A DNA stretch of 64,000 nucleotides, from contig CAUVXB020000001.1 in NCBI GenBank assembly GCA_963555825.3, forward strand, positions 1,408,001 through 1,472,000. Direction: 5' to 3'. The notes beneath the pieces were generated by a model. It had not been told where the DNA came from, ran no database searches, and worked only from the letters and a program-made list of their open reading frames with translations. Below, piece by piece: positions 20,294 through 30,135 of the stretch. The position numbers and the translations under genes were made by a program. Position 1 is the first letter of the stretch. Every line of letters starts with the position of its first letter. Origin of the DNA: Alphaproteobacteria bacterium. GTDB taxonomy: Bacteria; Pseudomonadota; Alphaproteobacteria; JAAXGF01.

Positions 20294-22741
20294 TCACACC
20301 TTCATGCGTTCGCTCTTGGGGTCGTACATCGGCCGCAGGCTCGCCTTGGCAGGCACGCGTTCGCCGGCGACTTCGATCTCGTAAGCGCCCGCGTTGACGA
20401 AGTCGGCGTCGACGCCATCGGCGTGGCCGACGTAGCCGAGGCCGATCGCCGTCCCCATGTGATGGCCGTAGTTGCCGGTCGTCAGGTAGCCGGCGACCGC
20501 GCCGTCGCGCCAGATCGGCTCGTTGTGGTAGAGCAGCGGCTCGGGGTCGCCGAGCGCGAACTGGACGAGCCGCTTGGTGACGCCATTCTCCTTTTGGCGC
20601 AACAGCGCATCGCGGCCGATGAACGGGATGTTCTTGTCGAAGCGGCAGGCGAAGCTCAGCCCGGCTTCGATCGGCGTGTCCTCGCCGGTGATGTCGTGGC
20701 CCCAGTGGCGGTAGGCCTTCTCGGTGCGTAGGCTGTCCATGGCGTGCATGCCGACCAGTTTGAGGTCGACGTCGGCGCCCGCCTCGGTGATTGCCTGAAA
20801 CACACCGCACGCATATTCGGTCGGCACGTAGAGCTCCCAGCCGAGCTCGCCGACGTAAGAAATGCGCGCGGCGCGCACCAGCGCATAGCCGATCTCGATC
20901 TGCTGCGCGGTGCCGAACGGGAAGGCCTCGTTGGAGAGGTCGGCGTCGGTGACGCGGCCGAGCAGCGCGCGGCTGTTCGGCCCCATGACGCTAATGACGG
21001 CTTCGCCCGAGGTGACGTCGGTGACGACGACGCGAGCGTCGTCGGCAATATGGCGCATCAGCCAAGTGTGGTCGTGCAGCGAGACGCCGGCGCCGGTCAC
21101 CACCATGAATACGGTCTCGGAAAGCCGGGTCACCGTCAAGTCGGCCTCGATGCCGCCCCGCTCGTTGAGCCACTGCGTGTAGACCAACCTGCCGTTCGGC
21201 ACGGCGACGTCGTTGGCGCAGATGCGCTGCAGCACGTCCTCGGCGTCGGCGCCCTGAACCAGGAACTTGGCAAACGAGGTCTGGTCAAGGAGGCCGACGT
21301 TGTCGCGCACCGCGCGGTGCTCGGCGGCCGAATAGTCGAACCAATTCGGGCGCTTGTAGCTATATTCGTACTTCGGCTCGACGCCCTCGGGCGCGTACCA
21401 GTTGGGCCGCTCCCAACCGGCAACCTCGCCGAAGCAGGCGCCGCGCGCCGCGTGGCACTCGTGCAAGGGCGAGGTACGCACGCCGCGGGCGGTCTCGGGC
21501 TGGCGATAGGGCCAGTGCATATCGTAGAGCAGGCCGAGAGATTCGGCGACCCGGTTGAACAGATAGCTGCGCGTGTTCTGGAACGGCTGCATGCGCAGGA
21601 TGTCGAGCTCCGAGAGGTCGATCGGCGCCGCGCCGCCGACGATCCATTCGGCGAGCACCTTGCCGGCGCCACCCGATGACTGGATGCCGATCGAGTTGAA
21701 GCCCGCGCCGACGAAGAAGTTGCGCAGACCCGGCGCCTCGCCGAGGTGGTAGCGGTTGTCGGGCGTGAAGCTCTCGGGGCCGTTGAAGAAGGTTTGGATA
21801 CCTGCGGTCTCGAGCGCCGGGATGCGGTGCATCGCGGCCTCGAGCACCGGCGCGAAGTGATCGAAGTCCTCGGGCAGCTGGTCGAACGAGAAGTCTTCGG
21901 GAATGCCGTCCATGCCCCACGGCTTGGCGTTGCGCTCGAAGGCGCCGATCAACAGCTTGCCGGCGTCTTCCTTGATATAGGCGCAGGCGTCCATGTCGCG
22001 CAGCACCGGCAGGTCGGACGGCAGATCGGCGATCGGCTCGGTGACAACGTAGAAGTGCTCGCAGGCGTGCAGCGGTACGTCGACGCCGCACATCAGCCCG
22101 ACGTCGCGCGCCCACATGCCGGCGCAGTTGACGACGACCTCGCAGGCGATCTCGCCGCGCGTCGTCGCGACGCCCGTGACCCGGCCGTTCTTGTGGTGCA
22201 CCGCGGTGACCTTGGTGTCCTCGAAGATCGCCGCGCCGCCCATGCGCGCGCCCTTGGCGATCGCCATCGTCGTGTCGGCCGGGTTGGTCTGGCCGTCGTT
22301 AGGGAAGTAAATGGCACCCAACAGGTCGTCGGCGTTGAGAATCGGGTAGAGCGCCTTGGCCTCCTCGGGCGTGACCAGCCGGACCTCGACGCCGCATGTC
22401 TTGGCGAGATCGGCGCCGCGCCGGTGCTCCTCCCAACGCGCTTCGTTGTTGGCGATGCCGAGGCTGCCGTTCTGCTTGAGGCCCGTCGCCTGGCCGGTCT
22501 CGGCCTCGAGCCCCTGGAACAGCTCCATTGAATACTTGGCGAGCCGTGTCAGTGTGTAGCTGCCGATCATCTCGCGCACCAGGCCTGCCGCGTGCCACGT
22601 CGTGCCACTGGTGAGCCGCTTGCGCTCGACCAGCGCGACGTCGGTCCAGCCGAGCTTGGTGAGATGATAGGCGACGCTGCAGCCGACGATGCCGCCGCCG
22701 ATGATGACCACGCGCGCGTGGCTCGAAAATTCCTTGGCCAT
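20294..22741 (-). CDS. GcvT-family FAD/folate dehydrogenase (sarcosine/dimethylglycine dehydrogenase-like)
   Basis: GGGIVG, SGTTWHAAG, NGPESFTPD, GWERPNW and GELGWE motifs. Confidence 0.9.
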   Translation of the reverse strand: MAKEFSSHARVVIIGGGIVGCSVAYHLTKLGWTDVALVERKRLTSGTTWHAAGLVREMIGSYTLTRLAKYSMELFQGLEAETGQATGLKQNGSLGIANNEARWEEHRRGADLAKTCGVEVRLVTPEEAKALYPILNADDLLGAIYFPNDGQTNPADTTMAIAKGARMGGAAIFEDTKVTAVHHKNGRVTGVATTRGEIACEVVVNCAGMWARDVGLMCGVDVPLHACEHFYVVTEPIADLPSDLPVLRDMDACAYIKEDAGKLLIGAFERNAKPWGMDGIPEDFSFDQLPEDFDHFAPVLEAAMHRIPALETAGIQTFFNGPESFTPDNRYHLGEAPGLRNFFVGAGFNSIGIQSSGGAGKVLAEWIVGGAAPIDLSELDILRMQPFQNTRSYLFNRVAESLGLLYDMHWPYRQPETARGVRTSPLHECHAARGACFGEVAGWERPNWYAPEGVEPKYEYSYKRPNWFDYSAAEHRAVRDNVGLLDQTSFAKFLVQGADAEDVLQRICANDVAVPNGRLVYTQWLNERGGIEADLTVTRLSETVFMVVTGAGVSLHDHTWLMRHIADDARVVVTDVTSGEAVISVMGPNSRALLGRVTDADLSNEAFPFGTAQQIEIGYALVRAARISYVGELGWELYVPTEYACGVFQAITEAGADVDLKLVGMHAMDSLRTEKAYRHWGHDITGEDTPIEAGLSFACRFDKNIPFIGRDALLRQKENGVTKRLVQFALGDPEPLLYHNEPIWRDGAVAGYLTTGNYGHHMGTAIGLGYVGHADGVDADFVNAGAYEIEVAGERVPAKASLRPMYDPKSERMKV

Positions 22742-22919
22742 GACCCTCCCCTTGGTCCCACCCGATCGCGACTGGACCGTATGGTTGGTATGCGGTTCGG
22801 GGCACTCGACGCAAGTGGAAATTTTGTCGTCCAGCGGTCATCCCGGAATTCTCACCATGGACAGGTGCGGCACGGCGGATATCGGACGACAGGCTAGGAA
22901 AAGCGCGCCGCGCGATGCC

Positions 22920-23180
22920 AGTACTCCCTTGCACGATTCCACGGCACGTAGGATCCCGTTTCCTCGGCAGTCGGGGGCGTGACGGCGATGCCTTGGCATC
23001 GCAGAGCGTTCTCGACGCCCCGAGGGGGCGGGAAACGCGACCCGCAGGGCGGCCTTGCGCGGCCGCCGGCGGCGTTGCCCGGCGCTTGCGATGCGCCCAG
23101 CATCACGGCCCCGCCGGGCGCCTTGCCGGACGACCGCGCAAGGCCGTCCTACGTACCGTGGAATCGTGCAAGTGAGTACT
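22920..23180. repeat. Structured palindromic element / MITE, type A (261 bp)
   Basis: 34-bp TIR AGTACTCCCTTGCACGATTCCACGGCACGTAGGA (2 mismatches), two internal arms, CCC-GCA-GGG linker. Confidence 0.85.
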
Positions 23181-23395
23181 CGCGCATCGGGCAAGCGCCT
23201 TGACGCGGCCTGTCGTCCGAGATCCGCCGCCCTTAAGGGTCGCGCCGGGCGGGGCGTGCGCGGCGTCGAAGGTCTTGCGCTAGGTTGTGGCCGGCGACGT
23301 AGCCCAGGCTACGCTCGGCGGCCTTCTCCTGGCGGATCGGCGACCGCCCGACGCGATGACGCGCCTGTCCATGGTGAGATGGCCGGGCTAGCAGG

Positions 23396-24118
23396 CTAGC
23401 GCGCGGTGTCGCCGCTCCACTGATCGGGATCGACAGCCGACGCATACTCCTCGAGCCGGCTCCGGTCCCGGATGTAGAGGCTCTTGCTTTTGCGTTCGAC
23501 GACGCCCGCGGCGGCGAGCTGGCCGATGGTGCGCGCCACCGTCTCGCGCGTCGTGCTCGCCTGGCTGGCGATCTCTTTTTGCGTCGGCATCGGCCAGATG
23601 AGCCAGCCGTCTGAACCGCCGGGATCCGGATTCGCCAATTGCAGCAGTTCGAGGCAGACGCGCTGCACCGCGCCCAGGGTGCTGAGATCCATGATCCGGT
23701 CGTCGCAGGCGCGGACGATGCGCGCCAGCCGCAACAAGAGGCTCTTGGCGAGTTCCGGGTGATCGACGACGAGCTGGTTGAAGAGCTGCGGCGCCATGGT
23801 CGCGACCAGGCAGTCGTCGGCGGCGACGACGTTGGCCGAGCGTGGCTGCGCGTCGATCGCGGCGAGTTCGCCGAAATAGCTGCCCGACGGAATGCGCGCC
23901 AGCGCGATCTTGCGGCCGCTCACCGAATAGTTGACGACCTGGACCGTGCCGCGAACGACGAAGTAGACGTCGCGGTCCTCGCTGTCCTGATCGAGGATGT
24001 TGTCGTTGGCACCGAAGCGGCGCCAGATGCACTGGCGTTCGATGGCGCGCAGCTCGTCGGGCGCAAGCGTCTCGAATAGGCGAATGCCATCGAGACGTTG
24101 ATCCTGCTCCGACGCCAC
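23396..24118 (-). CDS. Crp/Fnr family transcriptional regulator
   Basis: FGELAAID..PRSA cNMP pocket; TQKEIA...TRETVAR HTH; GGAGG RBS before GTG. Confidence 0.9.
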   Translation of the reverse strand: MASEQDQRLDGIRLFETLAPDELRAIERQCIWRRFGANDNILDQDSEDRDVYFVVRGTVQVVNYSVSGRKIALARIPSGSYFGELAAIDAQPRSANVVAADDCLVATMAPQLFNQLVVDHPELAKSLLLRLARIVRACDDRIMDLSTLGAVQRVCLELLQLANPDPGGSDGWLIWPMPTQKEIASQASTTRETVARTIGQLAAAGVVERKSKSLYIRDRSRLEEYASAVDPDQWSGDTAR

Positions 24119-24122
24119 GTCG

Positions 24123-24578
24123 CTAGCCTCCCTGTTCACTGCTAAGTTCGACGATTCGATTGTTTGTCGTGCGAATCATCTGGGTCAGCCGCCGCAACAG
24201 ATGCGTGGCGAGTTCGGGGTGTACCAGGATCAACTGGTTGAACCTGTTCGCCGACATCCGCGCGACCAACGAGTCCTCGATCGCGATGACGCTCGCCGAG
24301 CGGGTCTCGCCGTCGATCGCGGAGAGCTCGCCGAAGAAGTCGCCGGCTTCGATCCTGGCGAAACTGATCTTGTCGCCGTCGGTAGTGTAGCTGACCGCCT
24401 CGACCGCGCCCGAGACGATGAAAAAGACGTCGTTCTCGTCGCTGTCACGCTCGAGCACGACATCGTCGATGTCACATTCACGCCACCGACACGCATTTTC
24501 CAATTCACGCAAGGCGTCGCCGGGCAATGCCGAAAACAGCTCGATGCCATCGAGACGGAAGTTCGGTTCATCTTGCAC
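24123..24578 (-). CDS. Stand-alone cyclic-nucleotide-binding protein (paralog of the neighbour's N-domain)
   Basis: FGELSAID..TRSA motif; no HTH. Confidence 0.85.
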   Translation of the reverse strand: MQDEPNFRLDGIELFSALPGDALRELENACRWRECDIDDVVLERDSDENDVFFIVSGAVEAVSYTTDGDKISFARIEAGDFFGELSAIDGETRSASVIAIEDSLVARMSANRFNQLILVHPELATHLLRRLTQMIRTTNNRIVELSSEQGG

Positions 24579-24872
24579 GTTACGCGCCTCTCCAACCCAC
24601 TAGTGGATAGAATGCCACAGATAAACCGAAATTGCGGCCGTGAAATTTTCAGTTGGCCGGAAACATCGGCGGGATGATGTGAATTGAACCCGCCCGGTTG
24701 GTTTGATTCCAACGCGTCACCGTGGTATTCGAAGGTCAGCCAGATGCGTCCATGGTATCACTAGCGTCAGCCGTTTCGATCATGGCGCTTTGAGCCGATT
24801 CGAGGTCGTCGGAACATCTTAATCCCGGCGTTGAAAGCGGCCTCGCCGAGGACGCGATCGAGGAGATCGAAG

Positions 24873-25307
24873 ATGTACGTTGCCGACATACTGAACGCCA
24901 AGGGAACCGAAGTGATCGCGACTGGCCCCACCGATACGGTGGCGGCGACGGCAGGCCTCTTGAACAATCGGCGCATCGGCGCGGTGCTCGTGCGCGACGG
25001 CGAGGATAATGTGATCGGTGTCATCTCGGAACGCGACATCATTCGCGGCATCGCCGTCAACGGCGCCCGCGCGCTCGACATGGAGGTGCGCGAGTTGATG
25101 ACCAGCGAGGTCGTCTCGTGCAAGCCGACCGACACCATCTCCGAAGTCATGCGGGTCATGACGACGCACCGCTTCCGCCATCTGCCGGTGATGGACGACG
25201 GCACGCTCAAGGGAATGATCAGCATCGGCGACGTGGTGAAGTACCGTCTCGAGGAAACCGAGGCGGAGGCTCGCGTCCTGCGCGACTACGTCATCGCGAG
25301 CCGCTGA
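24873..25307 (+). CDS. CBS-domain protein
   Basis: IGAVLV, GVISERD, FRHLPV and GMISIGDVVK motifs. Confidence 0.9.
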   Translation: MYVADILNAKGTEVIATGPTDTVAATAGLLNNRRIGAVLVRDGEDNVIGVISERDIIRGIAVNGARALDMEVRELMTSEVVSCKPTDTISEVMRVMTTHRFRHLPVMDDGTLKGMISIGDVVKYRLEETEAEARVLRDYVIASR

Positions 25308-25389
25308 GCCATACCGGCTTACGACGCCGCGTCACTTTGGGTTGCATCGCGGTTCGAGCAAGGCGACGGCGCAGGCATTCGGATTGATC

Positions 25390-26214
25390 ATGAGCAATAC
25401 TGTTGATTTCGTCGACCTCGACGATCTCGTCTCGACTATCAATTCGGGCGCGACGCTCGCCGTGCCGCCCGATTACAGCGGCGTCGCGATGGCCGCGACA
25501 CGCGCGCTGATCCGGCGCGGCGTCGAACGGCTGAACCTCGTCGCCTGCCCGACCAGTGGACTTCAGGCCGACATGCTGATCGGCGCGGGGTGCGTCGCAA
25601 CGCTCGAGGCGGCCGCGGTCAGCCTGGGCGAGTTCGGCGCCGCGCCACGCTTCGGCCAAGCGATCCGCTCGGGCGCCATCGCCATGAAGGACGCCACCTG
25701 CCCGGCGATCCACGCCGGGCTGCAGGCCGCCGAGAAGGGCGTGCCATTCCTGCCGCTCCGGGGCATCATCGGCACCGACGTGTTGGCGTATCGGCCCGAC
25801 TGGCGGGTGATCGACAACCCCTTCGCCGCGGACGATCCGATTGTCGCCCTGCCCGCGATCACGCCCGACGTCGCGCTATTCCACGCGCCGCTCGGCGACC
25901 GCCACGGCAACGTCTGGATCGGCCGGCGGCGCGAGGTGGTGACCATGGCGCACGCCGCGAAGTCGACTCTGGTCACGGTCGAGGCGGTCTACGATGGCGA
26001 CCTGCTGGCCGACGAGCGCATGGCGGCCGGTACCTTGACGCCGCTCTACGTCTCGGCGGTGGCCGTCGAGCCGCGCGGCGCTTGGCCCCTGGCGCTGTGG
26101 GACAGCTACCCCGCCGATGCCGAACACCTCGCCGAATACATACGACTCGCCGAGAGCGACGAGGGCTTCGCCAGCTACCTTACGCGCCACGCGTCGCGCG
26201 ACGCCGCCGCCTAG
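25390..26214 (+). CDS. CoA-transferase subunit A (glutaconate CoA-transferase-like)
   Basis: DMLIGAG, GVPFLPLRG and PDVALFHAP.GD..GN motifs. Confidence 0.85.
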   Translation: MSNTVDFVDLDDLVSTINSGATLAVPPDYSGVAMAATRALIRRGVERLNLVACPTSGLQADMLIGAGCVATLEAAAVSLGEFGAAPRFGQAIRSGAIAMKDATCPAIHAGLQAAEKGVPFLPLRGIIGTDVLAYRPDWRVIDNPFAADDPIVALPAITPDVALFHAPLGDRHGNVWIGRRREVVTMAHAAKSTLVTVEAVYDGDLLADERMAAGTLTPLYVSAVAVEPRGAWPLALWDSYPADAEHLAEYIRLAESDEGFASYLTRHASRDAAA

Positions 26215-26220
26215 CTGAAA

Positions 26221-26490
26221 CTAGTGGATAAAATCCAACATATGGTACCCATACGATCCCATATCCCGGTTTCTCGGCAGGAGAGCGCCCGCCGGCGATG
26301 CCGAAGCATCGGCAAGGGCGTTCGACGCCCCGAGAAGCCGGAATATGGGACCCGAAGGGCGGCGTCCCAAGGCCGCCGGACGCGTTGCCCAATGCTCGTG
26401 ATGCTCCAGCATCACTGCACATCGGGCGCCTTTCCGGACGACCTTGGGACGCCGTCGTATGGCTACCATATGTTGGATTCTATCCACTAA
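26221..26490. repeat. Structured palindromic element / MITE, type B (270 bp)
   Basis: ~36-bp TIR CTAGTGGATAAAATCCAACATATGGTACCCATACGA, two arms, CCC-GAA-GGG linker; lies between the CoA-transferase A and B genes. Confidence 0.85.
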
Positions 26491-26494
26491 CCGC

Positions 26495-27250
26495 GTGCCA
26501 TTCCGTCCCGAAGAACTGCTCGTCACCGTTCTCGCGCGCCTGCTGGAGGGCGCGCGGCACGTCGCGGTCGGCGCGTCGTCGCCGATCCCGGGCACCGCGG
26601 CCTTGCTGGCGCGCGCGCTTTCGGGCGGCGCCATGCGTGTCACCGTGCTCGGCAGTCTGCGCCACAACGCCTTCACCGACGGCGCGCGCGAGCTGTTCGA
26701 CTGCGCCGCCCAGGGCCGCATCGACGCCTTCTTCCTGGGCGGCGGGCAAATCGACGGCGCGGCCAACGTCAACCTGGTCGGCACCGGCGTCTATCCGCGC
26801 ACCGAGGTGCGCTTTCCGGGCAGTTTCGGCTCGTCCTACCTCTACTTCTTGATCCCGCGCGTCATCTTGTTTCGCGAGGAGCACGACCCGCGGGTCCTTG
26901 TGCCCAAGGTCGATTTCATCAGCGCGCCGGGCACCAGCGCACGAGGCGTCTACCGGCGCGGCGGGCCGATCGCGCTGGTCACCGGGCGCGCCGCCTTCTC
27001 TTTCGACCGCGAGCGCCGCCGTTTCCGCCTCGAGACGGTCCATCCGGGCCACGGCGTCGAGGCGGTGATCGCGGCGACGGGTTTCGATTTTGACCACGCG
27101 CCCACGATCGACGAGACACCGCCGCCGACGGCGGAAATTTTGGCATTGATTCGCGGGCCGGTCGGTGAACAAATCGCCGAGACCTATCCGCGCTTCGCGG
27201 CCAAGCTATTCGCACCCGCTGCGGCGTCCGCCGCCTCATCAACGGAGTGA
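26495..27250 (+). CDS. CoA-transferase subunit B
   Basis: FFLGGGQID..ANVN, FPGSFGS and VDFISAPG motifs; GTG start just after the element is an estimate. Confidence 0.8.
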   Translation: MPFRPEELLVTVLARLLEGARHVAVGASSPIPGTAALLARALSGGAMRVTVLGSLRHNAFTDGARELFDCAAQGRIDAFFLGGGQIDGAANVNLVGTGVYPRTEVRFPGSFGSSYLYFLIPRVILFREEHDPRVLVPKVDFISAPGTSARGVYRRGGPIALVTGRAAFSFDRERRRFRLETVHPGHGVEAVIAATGFDFDHAPTIDETPPPTAEILALIRGPVGEQIAETYPRFAAKLFAPAAASAASSTE

Positions 27251-27252
27251 CC

Positions 27253-28461
27253 ATGACGACGAACGCCGGTGGCGCCCTCGACGGCATCCGCATCATCGAC
27301 CTGACCCGCGTGCTCGGCGGCCCGTTCTGTACCCAGTTCCTGGGTGACCACGGCGCCGAGATCATCAAGATCGAGCCGCCGCAAGGCGACGAGACGCGCG
27401 ATTGGGGGCCGCCGTTCCGGGGCGACGCCAGCTCGTACTTCACCGGCGTCAATCGCAACAAGCGGAGTGTCGGCCTCGACCTGTCCAAGCCCGAGGGCCG
27501 CGAGGTGCTGCTGCGTCTGCTCGCCGACGCCGACATCATGGTCGAGAACTACAAGACCGGCACACTCGAGAAATGGGGCATCGGTTACGAACAGGTCCTG
27601 GCGGAACGATTCCCACGCCTGATCCACTGCCGCATCAGCGGCTTCGGCGCCGACGGACCGCTCGGCGGCCTGCCCGGCTACGACGCCGCCATCCAGGCCT
27701 GCACCGGCATGATGAGCATGAACGGCACGGCCGAGTCGGGACCGATTCGCGTTGGCACGCCAATCGTCGACATCGGCACCGGGTTGATCGCCGCCAACGG
27801 CATCCTCATGGCGCTCCACGAGCGCACGCGCTCGGGGCTCGGCCAGTTCGTCGAGGCGTCGCTCTACGACGGTTCGATCAGTCTGCTTCATCCGCAGGCG
27901 GCGAACTGGTTCATGTCGGGCAAGCTGCCCGAGCTGATCGGCAACTCGCACCCCAACATCTGTCCCTACGACCAGTTCCCGACGGCGACGTGCGGCGTCT
28001 TCCTGGCGATCGGCAACGACCGCCAGTTCGGCCGGCTTTGCGCCGAGCTGGGCCGCCCCGAGCTGGCCGACGACGCGCGCTTCGCGTCCAATGCCGACCG
28101 GGTCGGCAATCGGCCGACGCTCAACGCCGAGATCGAAACGCTGCTCGCCGATATGAACGGCGAGGCGCTCTGCACGAAGCTGCTCGGCCTGGGCGTGCCC
28201 TGCGGGCCGGTGCTCGACGTCGCGCAGGTCATGAACCACCCACACACGATCCACCGCGAGATGGTCGTCGAGATGGGCGAGTACCGGGGCACCGGAGTGC
28301 CGGCCAAGCTGTCGCGCACGCCGGGTTCGGCCAAGAGCGTGCCGCCGGCCTTCGGCGAGCACGGCCGCGCGGTGCTCGCCGAGGCAGGCTACAGCGACGG
28401 CGAGATCGACGCGCTGACCGCCTCGGGCGCGCTGGTCGTCGAACGCCGCCGCATGCGTTGA
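27253..28461 (+). CDS. CaiB/BaiF class III CoA-transferase
   Basis: DLTRVLGGP, NRNKRS, ENYK and GYD motifs. Confidence 0.9.
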   Translation: MTTNAGGALDGIRIIDLTRVLGGPFCTQFLGDHGAEIIKIEPPQGDETRDWGPPFRGDASSYFTGVNRNKRSVGLDLSKPEGREVLLRLLADADIMVENYKTGTLEKWGIGYEQVLAERFPRLIHCRISGFGADGPLGGLPGYDAAIQACTGMMSMNGTAESGPIRVGTPIVDIGTGLIAANGILMALHERTRSGLGQFVEASLYDGSISLLHPQAANWFMSGKLPELIGNSHPNICPYDQFPTATCGVFLAIGNDRQFGRLCAELGRPELADDARFASNADRVGNRPTLNAEIETLLADMNGEALCTKLLGLGVPCGPVLDVAQVMNHPHTIHREMVVEMGEYRGTGVPAKLSRTPGSAKSVPPAFGEHGRAVLAEAGYSDGEIDALTASGALVVERRRMR

Positions 28462-28520
28462 CACCGGACCGGCCGACCGGCTACCTGTCGCACAGATCGC
28501 TTGGAAGGAGAGAACGCTCG

Positions 28521-29519
28521 ATGGCCATGGACCACATCTACAGCATGACGGTGAAGATGTTCGGCTCGCACCCCGAGCCGGCGTTCGAGACGTCCGAGCA
28601 GCTCGAGGCCCACTGGGGCCGCCGTTGGGGTTGCGACAACGACGTCGGGCAGCTGCGCGCCGTGCTGATGCACCGTCCCGGTTCAGAATTCGACGTCATC
28701 GATCCGAACAAGCGGATCGAGGAAATCGGCTCATACGGCGACGTCGAGGAGGGCTGGTACTTCCAGAGCGAAGAGATCCCCAAGCTGGCCGACATGCAGG
28801 CGCAGCACGACGCGCTGGCCCGGAGGCTGCGCGACGAGGGCGCCGAGGTGATCATGGTCGAGGGCGTCGGCGGCAACCGCTTCAAGTCGTGCTACACGCG
28901 CGACTCGTCGTTCGCCGTCAAGGGCGGCACGATCGTCTGCCGGCTGGCGCCCCGGATGCGCCGCGGCGAGGAGCAGCCGGTCACCCGGACGCTGGCCAAG
29001 ATCGGCATGCCGATCCTGCGCACGATCCACGGTAACGGCATGGTCGAAGGCGGCAGCTTCGCCTGGCTGAATTCGAAGACGGCGGCCATCGGCCGTTCGA
29101 TCCGCATCAACGACGAGGGCATCGCGCAAGTCGCCGACGTGCTGAACCGCCAGGGCGTCGAGTTGATCACCGTCGATCTGCGCGGCTACTCGATCCACAT
29201 CGACGGCGCGCTTCTGATGGTCGACGTCGATCTGGCGCTGATCTCGGCCGACGGGCTGACCTACCAGTTCCTCGAGCAACTCAAGGCGCTCAATATCCGC
29301 ACCGTCGAGATCACGCCCGAGGACAACCCCTGGATCATCAACGGCCTCGCGGTCCGGCCCGGCCGCGTGGTCATGCCGCCGGGCATCTCGGACCGGACCC
29401 GCGACGCGCTCGACAAGTACCAGGTCGAGATCGTCGAGCTGCCCTACGACCGCATGCACCCGAACGGCGGCGGCATCCACTGCTCGACCTGCCCGCTGGT
29501 CCGCGATTCGGTCAATTAG
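28521..29519 (+). CDS. Amidinotransferase superfamily protein (DDAH/arginine deiminase-like)
   Basis: YTRD, RRGEE, EGG, HID and GGGIHCST motifs; GAAGGAG RBS. Confidence 0.85.
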   Translation: MAMDHIYSMTVKMFGSHPEPAFETSEQLEAHWGRRWGCDNDVGQLRAVLMHRPGSEFDVIDPNKRIEEIGSYGDVEEGWYFQSEEIPKLADMQAQHDALARRLRDEGAEVIMVEGVGGNRFKSCYTRDSSFAVKGGTIVCRLAPRMRRGEEQPVTRTLAKIGMPILRTIHGNGMVEGGSFAWLNSKTAAIGRSIRINDEGIAQVADVLNRQGVELITVDLRGYSIHIDGALLMVDVDLALISADGLTYQFLEQLKALNIRTVEITPEDNPWIINGLAVRPGRVVMPPGISDRTRDALDKYQVEIVELPYDRMHPNGGGIHCSTCPLVRDSVN

Positions 29520-29520
29520 A

Positions 29521-29556
29521 GCTATATCCGACCGGCCTCAGTCGGTCGGATTTAGC
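29521..29556. terminator. Hairpin after the amidinotransferase gene
   Basis: GCTA-T-ATCCGACCG...CGGTCGGAT-T-TAGC inverted repeat directly after the stop. Confidence 0.5.
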
Positions 29557-30135
29557 CAGCCCGCGACTGCGGGCCGCCGACCGTTCGGCGGAAGCATGCG
29601 CGGCGATTGAGCGCAGGTCGCCTTTGCGCAGCAAAGATGACCGCACAAAAAACGAGACGCCGGCAACCGCCTGAATTCATACGCAAAACGCATTGCTGGT
29701 CAGTGAAATTTGCATGACACGCCGGCGCGGATGATGCCCATATTGATTGCGGGTCCAATGATGGACGGCTGTCGGTATGGAGTTTCGTAAAATGGTTGGT
29801 AAATGCGTGCGCCGCGCGTTGGTCGGTCTGTTCGGCGCGCCCCATTGTGGCGCCTGTGATTCACATCTTGCAGGCGGCCCGTCGCGTTGCGGGCTGGCCT
29901 CGTCCGAGCGCAAGCGTATGTACGTTTCGGGCGAGCCGTGGCCGTGTCAGACGACGTCGCCGTCCGATTCGCGCTGAGCTTCGTCTGATATTTTCGGCGA
30001 TTCGCCCGGCCGGGCACAAATAGGGCCCCGCGCATCGTGGGGTGGGGAGTACGCGGGGCCCCGGTAGTTGCACCAGAACTCTGGCGTTACCTATCATTTG
30101 GGGCCTCGGCCACGGCGGTCAAGGGTCCGACCGGT

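Noticed and set aside
24600-24613. 14-bp match (CTAGTGGATAGAAT) to the type-B TIR
   Set aside because: No partner TIR or arms; too short to separate from chance
27402-28520. Apparent 705-aa fusion extending the amidinotransferase upstream
   Set aside because: The N-terminal part is an Arg-rich off-frame read of the CaiB gene; the real start at 28521 has an RBS. The same applies to ORFs starting at 3039, 6744 and 52833.
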